NCBI GenBank assembly: GCA_051004915.1
Contig: JBPCJW010000142.1
Location: 915-64,914, forward strand
DNA from: Ilumatobacteraceae bacterium
GTDB lineage: Bacteria > Actinomycetota > Acidimicrobiia > Acidimicrobiales > Ilumatobacteraceae
Direction of reading: 5' to 3'
Length of the DNA stretch: 64,000 nucleotides
The position numbers and the translations under genes were made by a program. Under the pieces are notes generated by a model. The model saw nothing but the letters and a program-made list of their open reading frames with translations. It searched no databases and had not been told where the DNA came from. This document shows, piece after piece, positions 7,033-16,237 of the stretch (its first letter is position 1; each line of letters begins with the position of its first letter).

Positions 7033-9216
7033 GTGGTCTCGGCGGCGGCCCACGAGCCGACGTCGAGACCGTGGCTAACCTGCCGCGCCGTGGAACTGCC
7101 GGGCCCGTGGCGTGCCCTCGAGGCCGATGACGAGCTGCGGCGTCACGGCATCGGGCTCGAGGTCGACGACGGTGACTGGCTGCCCGTTGCCGTGCCCGGC
7201 CACTGGCAGGACCATCCCAAGCTCGCTGCCAGCGACGGACCGATCATCTATCGCACGCGGTTCGAGCGGTCTCCTCCCGCCGCTGGACGTCGCCGATGGG
7301 TCACGCTGGACGGCGTCTTCTACCAGGCCGACGTCTGGCTGGACGGCGCCTACCTCGGCGACCCGGAGGGCTACTTCTTCCCGCACAGCTTCGACATCAC
7401 CGCGCTGTCCCGTCTCGGCGACGAGCACCTGCTGGCCATCGAGGTCACGTGCAACCCGGAGCGCGGCACCACGGGCCGACGCAACATCACCGGGTGCTTT
7501 CAGCACTCCGAGGTGATCGACCACGCGTGGAACCCCGGGGGGCTGTGGCGCCCGTTGCTCGTGTACGACACGGGCCCGGCGAAGCTCGAGCGACTGCGCG
7601 TCCTGTGCCGCGACGCCGACGAGAGCAGGGCCCACCTCCGCCTCCACGCCCGAATCGACGCCGACGCGGCGCGCACGGTGCGCGTCCGGACGACCGCCGA
7701 CGGGGTCGTCGTCGGCGAGACCGAGCACCCGGTCGCGGCGGGCAGCAACGAGATCGAGTGGTCGCTGGACATCGATCGGCCGCACCTGTGGTGGCCGCAC
7801 CGGCTCGGCGCCCAACCACTGACCACCATCGACGTCGAGCTGCTCGTCGAGGGCGAGATCAGTGACCGCCGGTTTCGACGTACCGGCCTGCGGGAGGTGG
7901 CCTGGCACAACTGGGTGTGCTCGATCAACGGCGAGCGGTTGTTCCTCAAGTCGGCCAACCTGCTGCCGACGCGACCGGGTCTGGCCGACTCCACCCCGAG
8001 CGAGGTGCGCAACGATGTCGAGCTGGCGCTCGAGGCAGGGCTCGATGCGTTGCGCGTGCAGGCCCACATCGGCCATCCCGAGCTGTACCTCGCGGCCGAC
8101 GAACTGGGCATGTTGCTGCTGCAGGACTTCCCGTTGCAGTGGGGCTACGGCCGCCAGGTCCGCCGCGAGGCTGTACGCCAAGCGCGCGAGGCCGTCAACG
8201 CGCTCGGCCACCATCCCTCGATCGTCCAATGGTGCGCCCACGACGAGCCGGTCGCCGACGCGCCGCAGATCGATCGCGCCGGTCGACCGTTCCGACGGTT
8301 TCTCGCTCAACAGCTGCCGACGTGGAACAAGACGGTGCTCGATCGTTGGTTGAAGCGGGCGTTCGAGCAGGCCGATCCGACTCGTCCGACCGTGGCCCAC
8401 AGTGGGATGCCGCCGCACCTGCCGCAGCTGCGCGGCACGGATTCCCACCTCTGGCTCGGTTGGCATCGTGGCGAGCTGGACGATCTCACCGACCGCGCCC
8501 GGTGGTGGCCGAGCCAGGTGCGCTTCGTGAGCGAGTTCGGTGCGCAGTCCGTCCCGGCGTCGGCCGACGCGTACGTGGACGCCTCACGCTGGCCGGAACT
8601 GGATTGGGAGTTGCTGCGCGAGCACCACGGCCTCGAAGTCGAGGTGATGCGCGTCCGCGTGCCGCCGGAGGACCATTCGACGTTCGTTTCCTGGCGGGAG
8701 GCGACGCAGCGGTACCAAGTCGAGGTGCTCCGCCACCACATCGAGACGCTGCGCCGCTTGAAGTACCGGCCGGTCGGCGGGTTCTCGTTCTCCTCGCTGG
8801 CCGATCCTGGCCCGATGATCTCCGCCGCCGTCCTCGATCACGAGCGGGCGCCGAAACTGGCATGGGCCGCGGTCGTCGACGCGTGCCGGCCCGTGATCGT
8901 CGTCACCGACCCCTTGCCGAGTGAGGTCGTCGCCGGTGACGGACTGGCACTCGACGTCCACGTCGTCAACGACCTGCGCGGCGCGCTGGTCGACGCATCC
9001 GTCGCCGTCACGTGCACCTGGCGCACGGGTCGGCGGCAGTGGGCGTTCCGTGGCGACGTCGACGCCGACTCGGTGCAACTCGTCGGCCGGCTCGAGCTGC
9101 ACATCCCAGATGGCCCCGGTGAGCTGCTCCTCGGCGTCGCCCTGACCGGCCGCGACGCCGACGACAACGAGATCACCGCGACCCGCCGCGCCGGCGCCAA
9201 GATCAAGCCGCGTTAG
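7033..9216 (+). CDS. glycoside hydrolase family 2 protein (beta-mannosidase/beta-galactosidase-like)
   Basis: WVTLDGVFYQADVWLDGAYLG (GH2 sugar-binding domain pattern), followed by Ig-like and TIM-barrel-length regions. The start was set to in-frame GTG 7033, because the track ORF start at 6799 overlaps the AAA gene. The start is approximate. Confidence 0.75.
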   Translation: MVSAAAHEPTSRPWLTCRAVELPGPWRALEADDELRRHGIGLEVDDGDWLPVAVPGHWQDHPKLAASDGPIIYRTRFERSPPAAGRRRWVTLDGVFYQADVWLDGAYLGDPEGYFFPHSFDITALSRLGDEHLLAIEVTCNPERGTTGRRNITGCFQHSEVIDHAWNPGGLWRPLLVYDTGPAKLERLRVLCRDADESRAHLRLHARIDADAARTVRVRTTADGVVVGETEHPVAAGSNEIEWSLDIDRPHLWWPHRLGAQPLTTIDVELLVEGEISDRRFRRTGLREVAWHNWVCSINGERLFLKSANLLPTRPGLADSTPSEVRNDVELALEAGLDALRVQAHIGHPELYLAADELGMLLLQDFPLQWGYGRQVRREAVRQAREAVNALGHHPSIVQWCAHDEPVADAPQIDRAGRPFRRFLAQQLPTWNKTVLDRWLKRAFEQADPTRPTVAHSGMPPHLPQLRGTDSHLWLGWHRGELDDLTDRARWWPSQVRFVSEFGAQSVPASADAYVDASRWPELDWELLREHHGLEVEVMRVRVPPEDHSTFVSWREATQRYQVEVLRHHIETLRRLKYRPVGGFSFSSLADPGPMISAAVLDHERAPKLAWAAVVDACRPVIVVTDPLPSEVVAGDGLALDVHVVNDLRGALVDASVAVTCTWRTGRRQWAFRGDVDADSVQLVGRLELHIPDGPGELLLGVALTGRDADDNEITATRRAGAKIKPR

Positions 9217-9302
9217 TGGCGGCTGCGCCGCCGTGTCTCCCTGGCGGTCGACCTGACTCCCACGCGCACTGCGGCACGAACGCTCGGGAACCCCACCGGC
9301 AA

Positions 9303-9416
9303 GGTTTCTGACGAAGCTGCGTGCTGGTTTTCCAGCACGATCGCGCCACAGAATCGCGGCGGCTGATTCCGTGGCGCGATTGGTGCGGGAATCCAGTTCG
9401 GAGTTTCGTCAGAACC
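9303..9416. repeat. MITE/REP-like palindromic element, family 2 (GGTTCTGACGAAG termini), copy 1
   Basis: The termini ggtttctgacgaag ... tttcgtcagaacc are inverted repeats. The internal arms ccagcacgatcgcgccac / gtggcgcgattggtgcgg are also inverted. It sits between the convergent GH2 and sdhB stops. Related copies lie at about 28843-28912 and 61296-61420. Confidence 0.85.
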
Positions 9417-9432
9417 GGGGGGGCGGCGGGGG

Positions 9433-10275
9433 TCAGCGGCGGGCGGCGCGGCGGCGGTTCTTGAACTTCGACTTCCAGTAGTCGGCGTTCATCAGGGCGA
9501 TCACGTCGATCGAGATCTCCTTCGGGCAGGCCGCCTCGCACTCACCGTGGTTGGTGCAGGAACCGAAGTTGGCGTCCATCTCGTCGACCATGGCCTCGAC
9601 CCGCCGGTACCGCTCGGCCTGCCCCTGGGGCAGCAGGTTGAGGTGGGCGACCTTGGCTCCCGTGAAGAGGTTGGCGGCCCCGTTCGGGCACGCTGCGACG
9701 CACGCCCCGCAGCCGATGCACAGCGCCGCCCGCTCGGCGGCATCGGCGACCACCTTGGGGACCGGCGTCAGGTTGGCGTCCGGCGCTCCGCCGGTCGGCG
9801 AGGTGATGAAGCCGCCCGCCTCGACGATGCGATCGAGCTCGCTGCGGTCGCACATCAGGTCCTTGACGATGGGAAAGGAAGCAGCCCGCCACGGCTCGAC
9901 GACGATCTCCGCACCGTCGGCGAACGTGCGCATGTGCAGCTGGCACGTCGCCGTGCCGAGCTGCGGGCCGTGGGCCTGCCCGTTGATCATCAGCGCGCAC
10001 GAGCCGCAGATGCCCTCGCGGCAGTCGTGCTCGAACGTGATGGCGTCCCGATCGCTCTCCACCAGCCGTTCGTTGAGGACGTCGAGCAGCTCGAGGAACG
10101 ACGCGTCCTCGCTGATCTCCTCGATGTGATGCGTCTCGAACTGGCCCTTCGCATCTGGACCGGCTTGGCGCCAGATCTTGAGCGTGAGGTTGCGGACGTG
10201 ACGTGGGCGACCGTCGCCGTCACCGTTGGTGGCGGATGTTGCGCCGGCCCGATCGAGGGTGGTGTCCGAGCTCAC
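9433..10275 (-). CDS. sdhB: succinate dehydrogenase/fumarate reductase iron-sulfur subunit
   Basis: CREGICGSCALMINGQAHGP (2Fe-2S), CIGCGACVAACP and CTNHGECEAACP cluster motifs. The start was set to GTG 10275 (VSSDTTLDRAG...), preceded by GAAGAGG. The longer track ORF overlaps sdhA. Confidence 0.92.
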   Translation of the reverse strand: MSSDTTLDRAGATSATNGDGDGRPRHVRNLTLKIWRQAGPDAKGQFETHHIEEISEDASFLELLDVLNERLVESDRDAITFEHDCREGICGSCALMINGQAHGPQLGTATCQLHMRTFADGAEIVVEPWRAASFPIVKDLMCDRSELDRIVEAGGFITSPTGGAPDANLTPVPKVVADAAERAALCIGCGACVAACPNGAANLFTGAKVAHLNLLPQGQAERYRRVEAMVDEMDANFGSCTNHGECEAACPKEISIDVIALMNADYWKSKFKNRRRAARR

Positions 10276-10336
10276 GTCGGCACCTCTTCGCTCTCTCGCT
10301 CGGGCCCTCGCGCGGATCGTCTCGGGGAACGATCGC

Positions 10337-12295
10337 TCACTTGTAGCTCCGGGTCTGGAAGTGCACGGCCTCGTACTCCAGCTCCTCCTTGTGGAGCACG
10401 GACGCGGTCGGGTCGCCCGTCCACTCCCACGCCGCCACGTGGGCGAACCGCTCGTCGTCGCGCAGCGCCTCGCCCTCATCGGTCTGGTACTCGGCGCGGA
10501 AGTGACCGCCGCAGCTCTCCTCGCGCTCCAGCGCGTCGCGACACATCAACATCCCGAGCTCGAAGAAGTCGTCGATCCGTCCGGCCTTCTCCAGCGTCTG
10601 GTTGATGCTCGTCCCGCTGCCGGTGACCTTGAGGTCCTTGCGGAACTCGTCGTGCAGCGCCGGGATCTCCGACAGCGCCTTCTCCAAGCCCTGCGCCGTG
10701 CGCTCCATGCCGCAGTAGTCCCAGATGATCCGGCCGAGCTGGCGGTGGAAGTAGTCGGGGGCGCGCGTCCCGCCGATCGCCAGGTACCGCGCGAAGCGAT
10801 CGCCCACCGCCGACTCGGCAGCGGCGAAGGCCGGATGGTCGGTGCCAGGGATCGGCTTGTTGAGCATCGGCGCGAGGTAGTTGCTGATCGTGTTCGGCAG
10901 CACGAAGTAACCGTCGGCCAAGCCCTGCATCAGCGCCGAGGCGCCGAGCCGGTTGGCCCCGTGATCGGAGAAGTTCGCCTCACCTGCGGCGTACAGACCC
11001 GGCACGTTGGTCATCAGCTCGTAGTCGACCCACAGCCCGCCCATCGTGTAGTGCGACGCCGGGTAGATGCGCATGGGCAGGTCGTACGGATCCTCGCCGG
11101 TGATCCGCTCGTACATCTCGAACAGGTTCCCGTAGCGCTCCGCGACGACCGGCTGGCCGAGCCGCCCGATGGCGTCGGCGAAGTCGAGGTACACGCCGTT
11201 GCGCTTCGGGCCGACGCCGCGCCCGGAGTCGACCGCCCGCTTGGCGGCCCGCGACGCGATGTCACGCGGGGCGAGGTTGCCGAAGCTCGGATACAGCCGC
11301 TCGAGGTAGTAGTCGCGCTCGTCCTCGGGGATCTGGCTCGCCGGGCGAGCATCGTCGGCTTCCTTCGGCACCCACACCCGCCCGTCGTTGCGCAGTGACT
11401 CCGACATCAGCGTGAGCTTGGCCTGCAGGTCATCGGACTGCGGGATGCACGTGGGGTGGATCTGCGTGTAGCACGGGTTGGCGAACAGGGCGCCGCGCCG
11501 GTGGGCGCGCCATGCCGCCGTGACGTTGCAGTTCATGGCGTTCGTCGACAGGTAGAAGGCGTTGCCGTAGCCGCCCGTCGCGAGCACCACGGCGTGGCCG
11601 GCGTGTGAGCGGACCTCGCCGGTGAGAAGGTCGCGGGTGACGATGCCGGCGCAGCGTCCGTCGACGACGACGATGTCGACCAGCTCGGTGCGCGTCCACA
11701 GCTTGACGTTGCCCATGCCGACCTGTCGCGACATCTGCTGGTAGGCGCCGAGCAGCAGCTGCTGGCCGGTCTGGCCACCGACGTAGAACGTGCGGCTGAC
11801 CTGCGCGCCGCCGAAGCTGCGGTTGTCGAGCAGGCCGCCGTACTCGCGGGCGAACGGCACTCCCTGGGCGACGGCCTGGTCGATGATGTTCCCCGACACC
11901 TGGGCGAGGCGGTAGACGTTGCCCTCGCGGGCGCGGAAGTCGCCGCCCTTGATCGTGTCGTAGAAGAGACGGTGGATGCTGTCGCCGTCGCCCCGGTAGT
12001 TCTTGGCGGCGTTGATGCCGCCCTGCGCCGCGATGGAGTGCGCTCGGCGGGCCGAGTCGTGGAACGTGAACGCCTCGACCTGGTAGCCGAGCTCGGCCAG
12101 CGTGGCGGCGGCCGAAGCGCCGGCCAGGCCGGTGCCGACGACGAGCACCTTGAACTTGCGCTTGTTGTTCGGGTTGACGAGCTTGCTATCCGCGATGAAG
12201 CGCTGCCACTTCTCCGGCAGCGGACCGGGCGGGATCTTGGCGTCGAGCACGACGTCCGTGGTGCTCGTCGAAGGCCGTTCAAGGGTGTCCGTCAT
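10337..12295 (-). CDS. sdhA: succinate dehydrogenase/fumarate reductase flavoprotein subunit
   Basis: [21 protein letters not shown] (FAD fold) and [14 protein letters not shown] (covalent-FAD His motif). ATG 12295 (MTDTLERP...). The upstream part of the track ORF was rejected. Confidence 0.95.
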   Translation of the reverse strand: MTDTLERPSTSTTDVVLDAKIPPGPLPEKWQRFIADSKLVNPNNKRKFKVLVVGTGLAGASAAATLAELGYQVEAFTFHDSARRAHSIAAQGGINAAKNYRGDGDSIHRLFYDTIKGGDFRAREGNVYRLAQVSGNIIDQAVAQGVPFAREYGGLLDNRSFGGAQVSRTFYVGGQTGQQLLLGAYQQMSRQVGMGNVKLWTRTELVDIVVVDGRCAGIVTRDLLTGEVRSHAGHAVVLATGGYGNAFYLSTNAMNCNVTAAWRAHRRGALFANPCYTQIHPTCIPQSDDLQAKLTLMSESLRNDGRVWVPKEADDARPASQIPEDERDYYLERLYPSFGNLAPRDIASRAAKRAVDSGRGVGPKRNGVYLDFADAIGRLGQPVVAERYGNLFEMYERITGEDPYDLPMRIYPASHYTMGGLWVDYELMTNVPGLYAAGEANFSDHGANRLGASALMQGLADGYFVLPNTISNYLAPMLNKPIPGTDHPAFAAAESAVGDRFARYLAIGGTRAPDYFHRQLGRIIWDYCGMERTAQGLEKALSEIPALHDEFRKDLKVTGSGTSINQTLEKAGRIDDFFELGMLMCRDALEREESCGGHFRAEYQTDEGEALRDDERFAHVAAWEWTGDPTASVLHKEELEYEAVHFQTRSYK

Positions 12296-12309
12296 CGCGA
12301 TGGTCCTCC

Positions 12310-13083
12310 CTAGATCCCGACGATGCCGGCCTGCACGGCGATCGGGAACGACACGTTGCCCACGACGACGACCGTGGCCAGCCCAGTGGCCAGGCCCCTG
12401 CGCCAGCTGTTGAAACGCGGGCTGTTCCAGCCCATCGTCTGGAAGAGGCTCCAGGTGCCGTGGAACAGGTGGATGCCGAGGGCGATGTTGGCGACGATGT
12501 ACAGCACGGCGACGGGGATGCGCGACAGGCTGGCGTCGACGTTGCGGTACACGGCGCCGCGCACAAAGTCGGGGTTGACCCAGCCCCACGTGAAGTCGGC
12601 GAGGTGCCAGAACAGGAAGAGCAGGACGATGGCGCCGGTCCAGCGCATCGTGCGGCTGGCGAAGTTGGCGACGACGTAGTCACGCGGCGACTGGTACTTC
12701 TCCGGTCGCGCCCGCCGGTTGATCATCGTCAGCGTGTACGCGGCGTGGACGTGGAGGATCAACGCAACGATCAGAACGGAGCGGAGCAGCCACAACGCGA
12801 TGGTGCGCGGCAGGATCGGGACGAGCAGCTCGCGCAGGAACTCGCCGTAGACGTCGATGTCGTAGACCCGCTCGCCGCCCTCGGTGACCAGCCCGAGGTA
12901 CATCTTGAGGTTGCCGATCATGTGGGCGACGACGTAGCCGATGCCGATGATCCCGGTGATCGCCATGACGTACTTCTTGCCGACGGCTGTCGAGTAGAAG
13001 TCGAGGAGGAAGGGCTTGCGCTGCTTCGTCGTGGCACCCGTCGCCGTGCCGCTGACCGGCCCCCTGGTGACCGCTTGCGCCAT
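12310..13083 (-). CDS. sdhC: succinate dehydrogenase cytochrome b subunit (b558 family, type B)
   Basis: 257-aa polytopic membrane protein immediately upstream of sdhA, with conserved His-bearing helices ([36 protein letters not shown]). Confidence 0.85.
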   Translation of the reverse strand: MAQAVTRGPVSGTATGATTKQRKPFLLDFYSTAVGKKYVMAITGIIGIGYVVAHMIGNLKMYLGLVTEGGERVYDIDVYGEFLRELLVPILPRTIALWLLRSVLIVALILHVHAAYTLTMINRRARPEKYQSPRDYVVANFASRTMRWTGAIVLLFLFWHLADFTWGWVNPDFVRGAVYRNVDASLSRIPVAVLYIVANIALGIHLFHGTWSLFQTMGWNSPRFNSWRRGLATGLATVVVVGNVSFPIAVQAGIVGI

Positions 13084-13168
13084 GCAGGCAAGGGTATCCG
13101 CCGGCGCTCACGGCCTCCGAAACTCCGCCTGCCGGGAACCGCAGTGGGCGTTGGGGCGTCTCACCTCC

Positions 13169-14155
13169 ATGGGGAGCACACGACACGTTCATCATTGGCT
13201 CGTCGCCGGGCTGGTCGTCGCACTGGTGGGTTGCACCGGTGCCGACGACGACTCCGCCGGCGGCGAAGCGGCGGCGACCATCGCGGCCGTCGCCGAGACG
13301 ACAAGTGGTGCAGGGCGCGACACCGATCAGGCCGCTGGCGGCGCCGCTGCGCCCTCGGCCGAGGTCGCCGGCGGCGACAGCAGCGAGGGCATCGTGGCTC
13401 CCGACGCGCAGGTGCCGGGACAGGCGATCGCCATCGAGGCCCACGCCACGCTGCAGGTCGACGATGTGCGGGCGACGGTGGAACGGCTGACGACGGCAGT
13501 CATCACGAGGGGCGGCAGGGTCGCCGCCGCCGACGTCGACTACGACCCGCAGCCGGTCGTCGACGAGACCGGGGACGACACGGACGACGTCGACGACTCA
13601 CGCGCCACGCTCGTGCTCTCGCTCCCACCGGGCGAGTTGCCGTCGATGGCCGAGGCGCTGGCGGAGATCGGGACCGTCACGTCGTTCGACCAGCTGGCCG
13701 AGGACGTCACGGAGCAGCTGGCGGACGTCGAGAGTCGGATCGACAACATGCGGGCCAGCGTCGAGCGGGTCCGCGCCCTGCTCGCCGAGGCGGTCGACAT
13801 CGATGGCATCGTGCGCCTCGAGGCCGAGCTGACCTCGCGCGAGACCGAGCTCGAGCGGCTGCTCGCCGCGCAGCGTCAGCTCGACGACCGGGTGGCGATG
13901 TCGACGCTGACGGTCGTCGTCGCCACGACGCCACCAGCGGCCGCAACCGAGGAGGCAGAGGACGACCCGGGCGTCGTCGACGCGCTGGCCGCCGGCTGGA
14001 ACGCGTTCACGACCGGCCTGTTCACCGTGGCCCTCGTCCTCGCAGCCATCGCCCCGTTCGTGGCAGCTGCCGCGTTGCTCGCTGCGCTCGCCCTGCTCTC
14101 GAGGCGCGCCGTCATCCGGCGTCGGCCGCCCGTTCAGCCACCCCTCGTGCCCTGA
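13169..14155 (+). CDS. DUF4349-like lipoprotein
   Basis: ATG 13169. The signal peptide has lipobox LVVALVGC. There is a central coiled-coil (LADVESRIDNMRASVERVRALL...LEAELTSRETELERLL) and a C-terminal TM helix, the architecture typical of DUF4349. The family call is from memory. Confidence 0.6.
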   Translation: MGSTRHVHHWLVAGLVVALVGCTGADDDSAGGEAAATIAAVAETTSGAGRDTDQAAGGAAAPSAEVAGGDSSEGIVAPDAQVPGQAIAIEAHATLQVDDVRATVERLTTAVITRGGRVAAADVDYDPQPVVDETGDDTDDVDDSRATLVLSLPPGELPSMAEALAEIGTVTSFDQLAEDVTEQLADVESRIDNMRASVERVRALLAEAVDIDGIVRLEAELTSRETELERLLAAQRQLDDRVAMSTLTVVVATTPPAAATEEAEDDPGVVDALAAGWNAFTTGLFTVALVLAAIAPFVAAAALLAALALLSRRAVIRRRPPVQPPLVP

Positions 14156-14862
14156 CGCTCTTGCGGGCCGATCTGGGACGGCGCCGACCGCCACCCGTCG
14201 GAGGCCAGCACCCAGTCCGCGACGGAGCCGTCGGGGAAGGCGAACATCGCCCGCACCCCCGTGTGGGCGAACGCGTCCGGAAGCACGAGCGGTGACAGCT
14301 CGGCGGGCCCCCAGCGGTGCCAGCGACGAGCGGGCGCTTCGACCAGCTCGAGCGGACCGCCGGCCAGCTCGATCAGCCCGTGGACCACACCGTCCTGGGT
14401 GAAGCCACCGTCCACGGATACCGCTGCTGCCGTGGCGTACCACTCGAGGTCCCAGGCCATCGCGCTCGGCGTGCCGTAGCCGCGCCCGAGCGCGTCGACC
14501 GGGTCGTCGAGTGCGACGGCGTACGTCTCGTTGGTCACCGTCCACTGCTCCATCGGTCGCTCACACACGTGCTCTGCCCACAGGCCATGCGCCTTGACGA
14601 GCAGCGGGTCGGCCCGTGGCGGCACGTCCCAGTCGGCGACGTGGAGCAACGGCTGGCCGGCTCTGGCGAGGGCCGCCCAGTACCACCCCGGTCCGGCCGC
14701 CGGGCGCCGGTAGGCGGACACGACCCCCGCCCGCCCGCCCGCCAGCCATGCCGTGAACACCAACTCCTCGACGGTGGCATCCGGGTGCGGCAGGTCGTCG
14801 ACGACGTCCGGCGGGCGACCGGTCACGGTCCGGCAGACTACGGGGATGGCGTCGGAGGGCAT
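14134..14862 (-). CDS. hypothetical protein (242 aa)
   Basis: Non-repetitive ORF. Its 3' end overlaps the convergent 13169..14155 gene by 22 nt. The start is uncertain (ATG 14862 overlaps the divergent SCP2 gene; in-frame GTG 14841 is an alternative). Confidence 0.55.
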   Translation of the reverse strand: MPSDAIPVVCRTVTGRPPDVVDDLPHPDATVEELVFTAWLAGGRAGVVSAYRRPAAGPGWYWAALARAGQPLLHVADWDVPPRADPLLVKAHGLWAEHVCERPMEQWTVTNETYAVALDDPVDALGRGYGTPSAMAWDLEWYATAAAVSVDGGFTQDGVVHGLIELAGGPLELVEAPARRWHRWGPAELSPLVLPDAFAHTGVRAMFAFPDGSVADWVLASDGWRSAPSQIGPQERQGTRGG

Positions 14863-15250
14863 TCGCTACCTCAGCCTCGAGTGGCTGGACGAGCTCGGGC
14901 GCGTGGTCAGCGAGGACGATCGGTTGCGCCACGTCGCCGGCGAGCACGACATCGGTCTCACCCAGCTCGTCACGGAGGGTCCGGAGGGCGACGTCACCTA
15001 CCACCTGCAGGTGGTCGACGGCGCAGCTCGCTTCGGATCGGGACCGGCCGACCCCGAGCACGTGCGGATGGAGCAGACGTGGGACGTCGCGGTGGCGGTG
15101 GCCACCGACGAGCTGAACGCGCAGGCGGCCTTCGTCAACGGGCACATCAAGCTGTACGGCGACCAGCAGCGGCTGCTCGCCGCACAACCCGTGTTCGGCG
15201 CGCTCGACGCCGTGTTCGCCGTCGTCCGGGCACGGACCGAGTACCGCTGA
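14846..15250 (+). CDS. SCP2 sterol-binding domain-containing protein
   Basis: MASEGIRYLSLEWLDEL...ELNAQAAFVNGHIKLYGDQQRLL carries the SCP2-type 'AF..G.ik..Gd' C-terminal motif. Confidence 0.65.
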   Translation: MASEGIRYLSLEWLDELGRVVSEDDRLRHVAGEHDIGLTQLVTEGPEGDVTYHLQVVDGAARFGSGPADPEHVRMEQTWDVAVAVATDELNAQAAFVNGHIKLYGDQQRLLAAQPVFGALDAVFAVVRARTEYR

Positions 15251-15253
15251 GTC

Positions 15254-16108
15254 GTGCCAGAGCTGCCCGAGGTCCAGGCCCACGCCGAACGACTGACCAC
15301 CGACTTCGCCGGACGAGTGTTGCGGCGCTTCGTGCCGCTGACGTTCACCGCGTTGAAGACCGCCGTCCCGGCGCCGGACGAGGCGTACGGACAGCCCCTT
15401 CGCGAGATCGGGCGACGTGGGAAGTACCTCCTCGTCGAGTTCGCGCCGGTGACGTTCGTCGTGCACCTGATGCAGGGAGGTCGCCTGCTCGTCGACGCCA
15501 AGCAGGCGGTAAAGCCGCGCGGCGGCCAGGCTCGCTTCGTGTTCGACGGTGAAGGAGATGCCGGCGATTCGGCGCTGCTGCTCACCGAGCAGGGCACCGA
15601 GCGCAAGGCCGGTGTGTGGTGCCAGCCGACGGCCGGCGTGCTCGGCGCCGCTCCGCTCGACCACCTCGGTCCTGAGGCCGACCACGTCGAGCCGGACGAG
15701 CTGCTCGCGCTGTTCCGCCGCAAGTCGATGCGACTGCACGGGTTCCTGCGCGACCAGCGCAGCGTCGCCGGTCTCGGCCGACGGTTGGCCAACGAGGTGT
15801 GCCACCGGGCGAAGCTGTCGCCGTTCGCGATGACCGGCAAGCTCGGGACCAACGACGCAGCGACCGTCGTCGTGGCGATCCGCGAGGCATTGGCGGAAGG
15901 GCTGGAGTACGAGCGCAGCCGGGTCGAGATGAGCTCGTCGAAGGAACGCCCGGGTCGGGTCCACGGGCGAGCCGGCGAGCCATGCCCGATCTGCGGTGAC
16001 ACCGTGCGCGCCGTCGAGTACTCCGGATACACCGTGAACTACTGCCCGACGTGCCAGACCGGCGGAAAGATCCTCGCCGACAACACGACCAGCAAGTTCC
16101 TCAGGTGA
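15254..16108 (+). CDS. Fpg/Nei family DNA glycosylase
   Basis: N-terminal MPELPEV catalytic Pro/Glu, an H2TH region, and the C-terminal zinc finger CPICGDTVRAVEYSGYTVNYCPTC. Confidence 0.88.
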   Translation: MPELPEVQAHAERLTTDFAGRVLRRFVPLTFTALKTAVPAPDEAYGQPLREIGRRGKYLLVEFAPVTFVVHLMQGGRLLVDAKQAVKPRGGQARFVFDGEGDAGDSALLLTEQGTERKAGVWCQPTAGVLGAAPLDHLGPEADHVEPDELLALFRRKSMRLHGFLRDQRSVAGLGRRLANEVCHRAKLSPFAMTGKLGTNDAATVVVAIREALAEGLEYERSRVEMSSSKERPGRVHGRAGEPCPICGDTVRAVEYSGYTVNYCPTCQTGGKILADNTTSKFLR

Positions 16109-16237
16109 CGAGACCCGCCCAGTCCGAGGGCACTAGCAGGTTCTCATGTGCCCCCGGTGGATGACACATCCGAAGACGGCCGCTCCGCTACCTTCGCCTC
16201 GACCGGCCACCTCGGTCGGGCGGCAGAGGAAGGGTGG

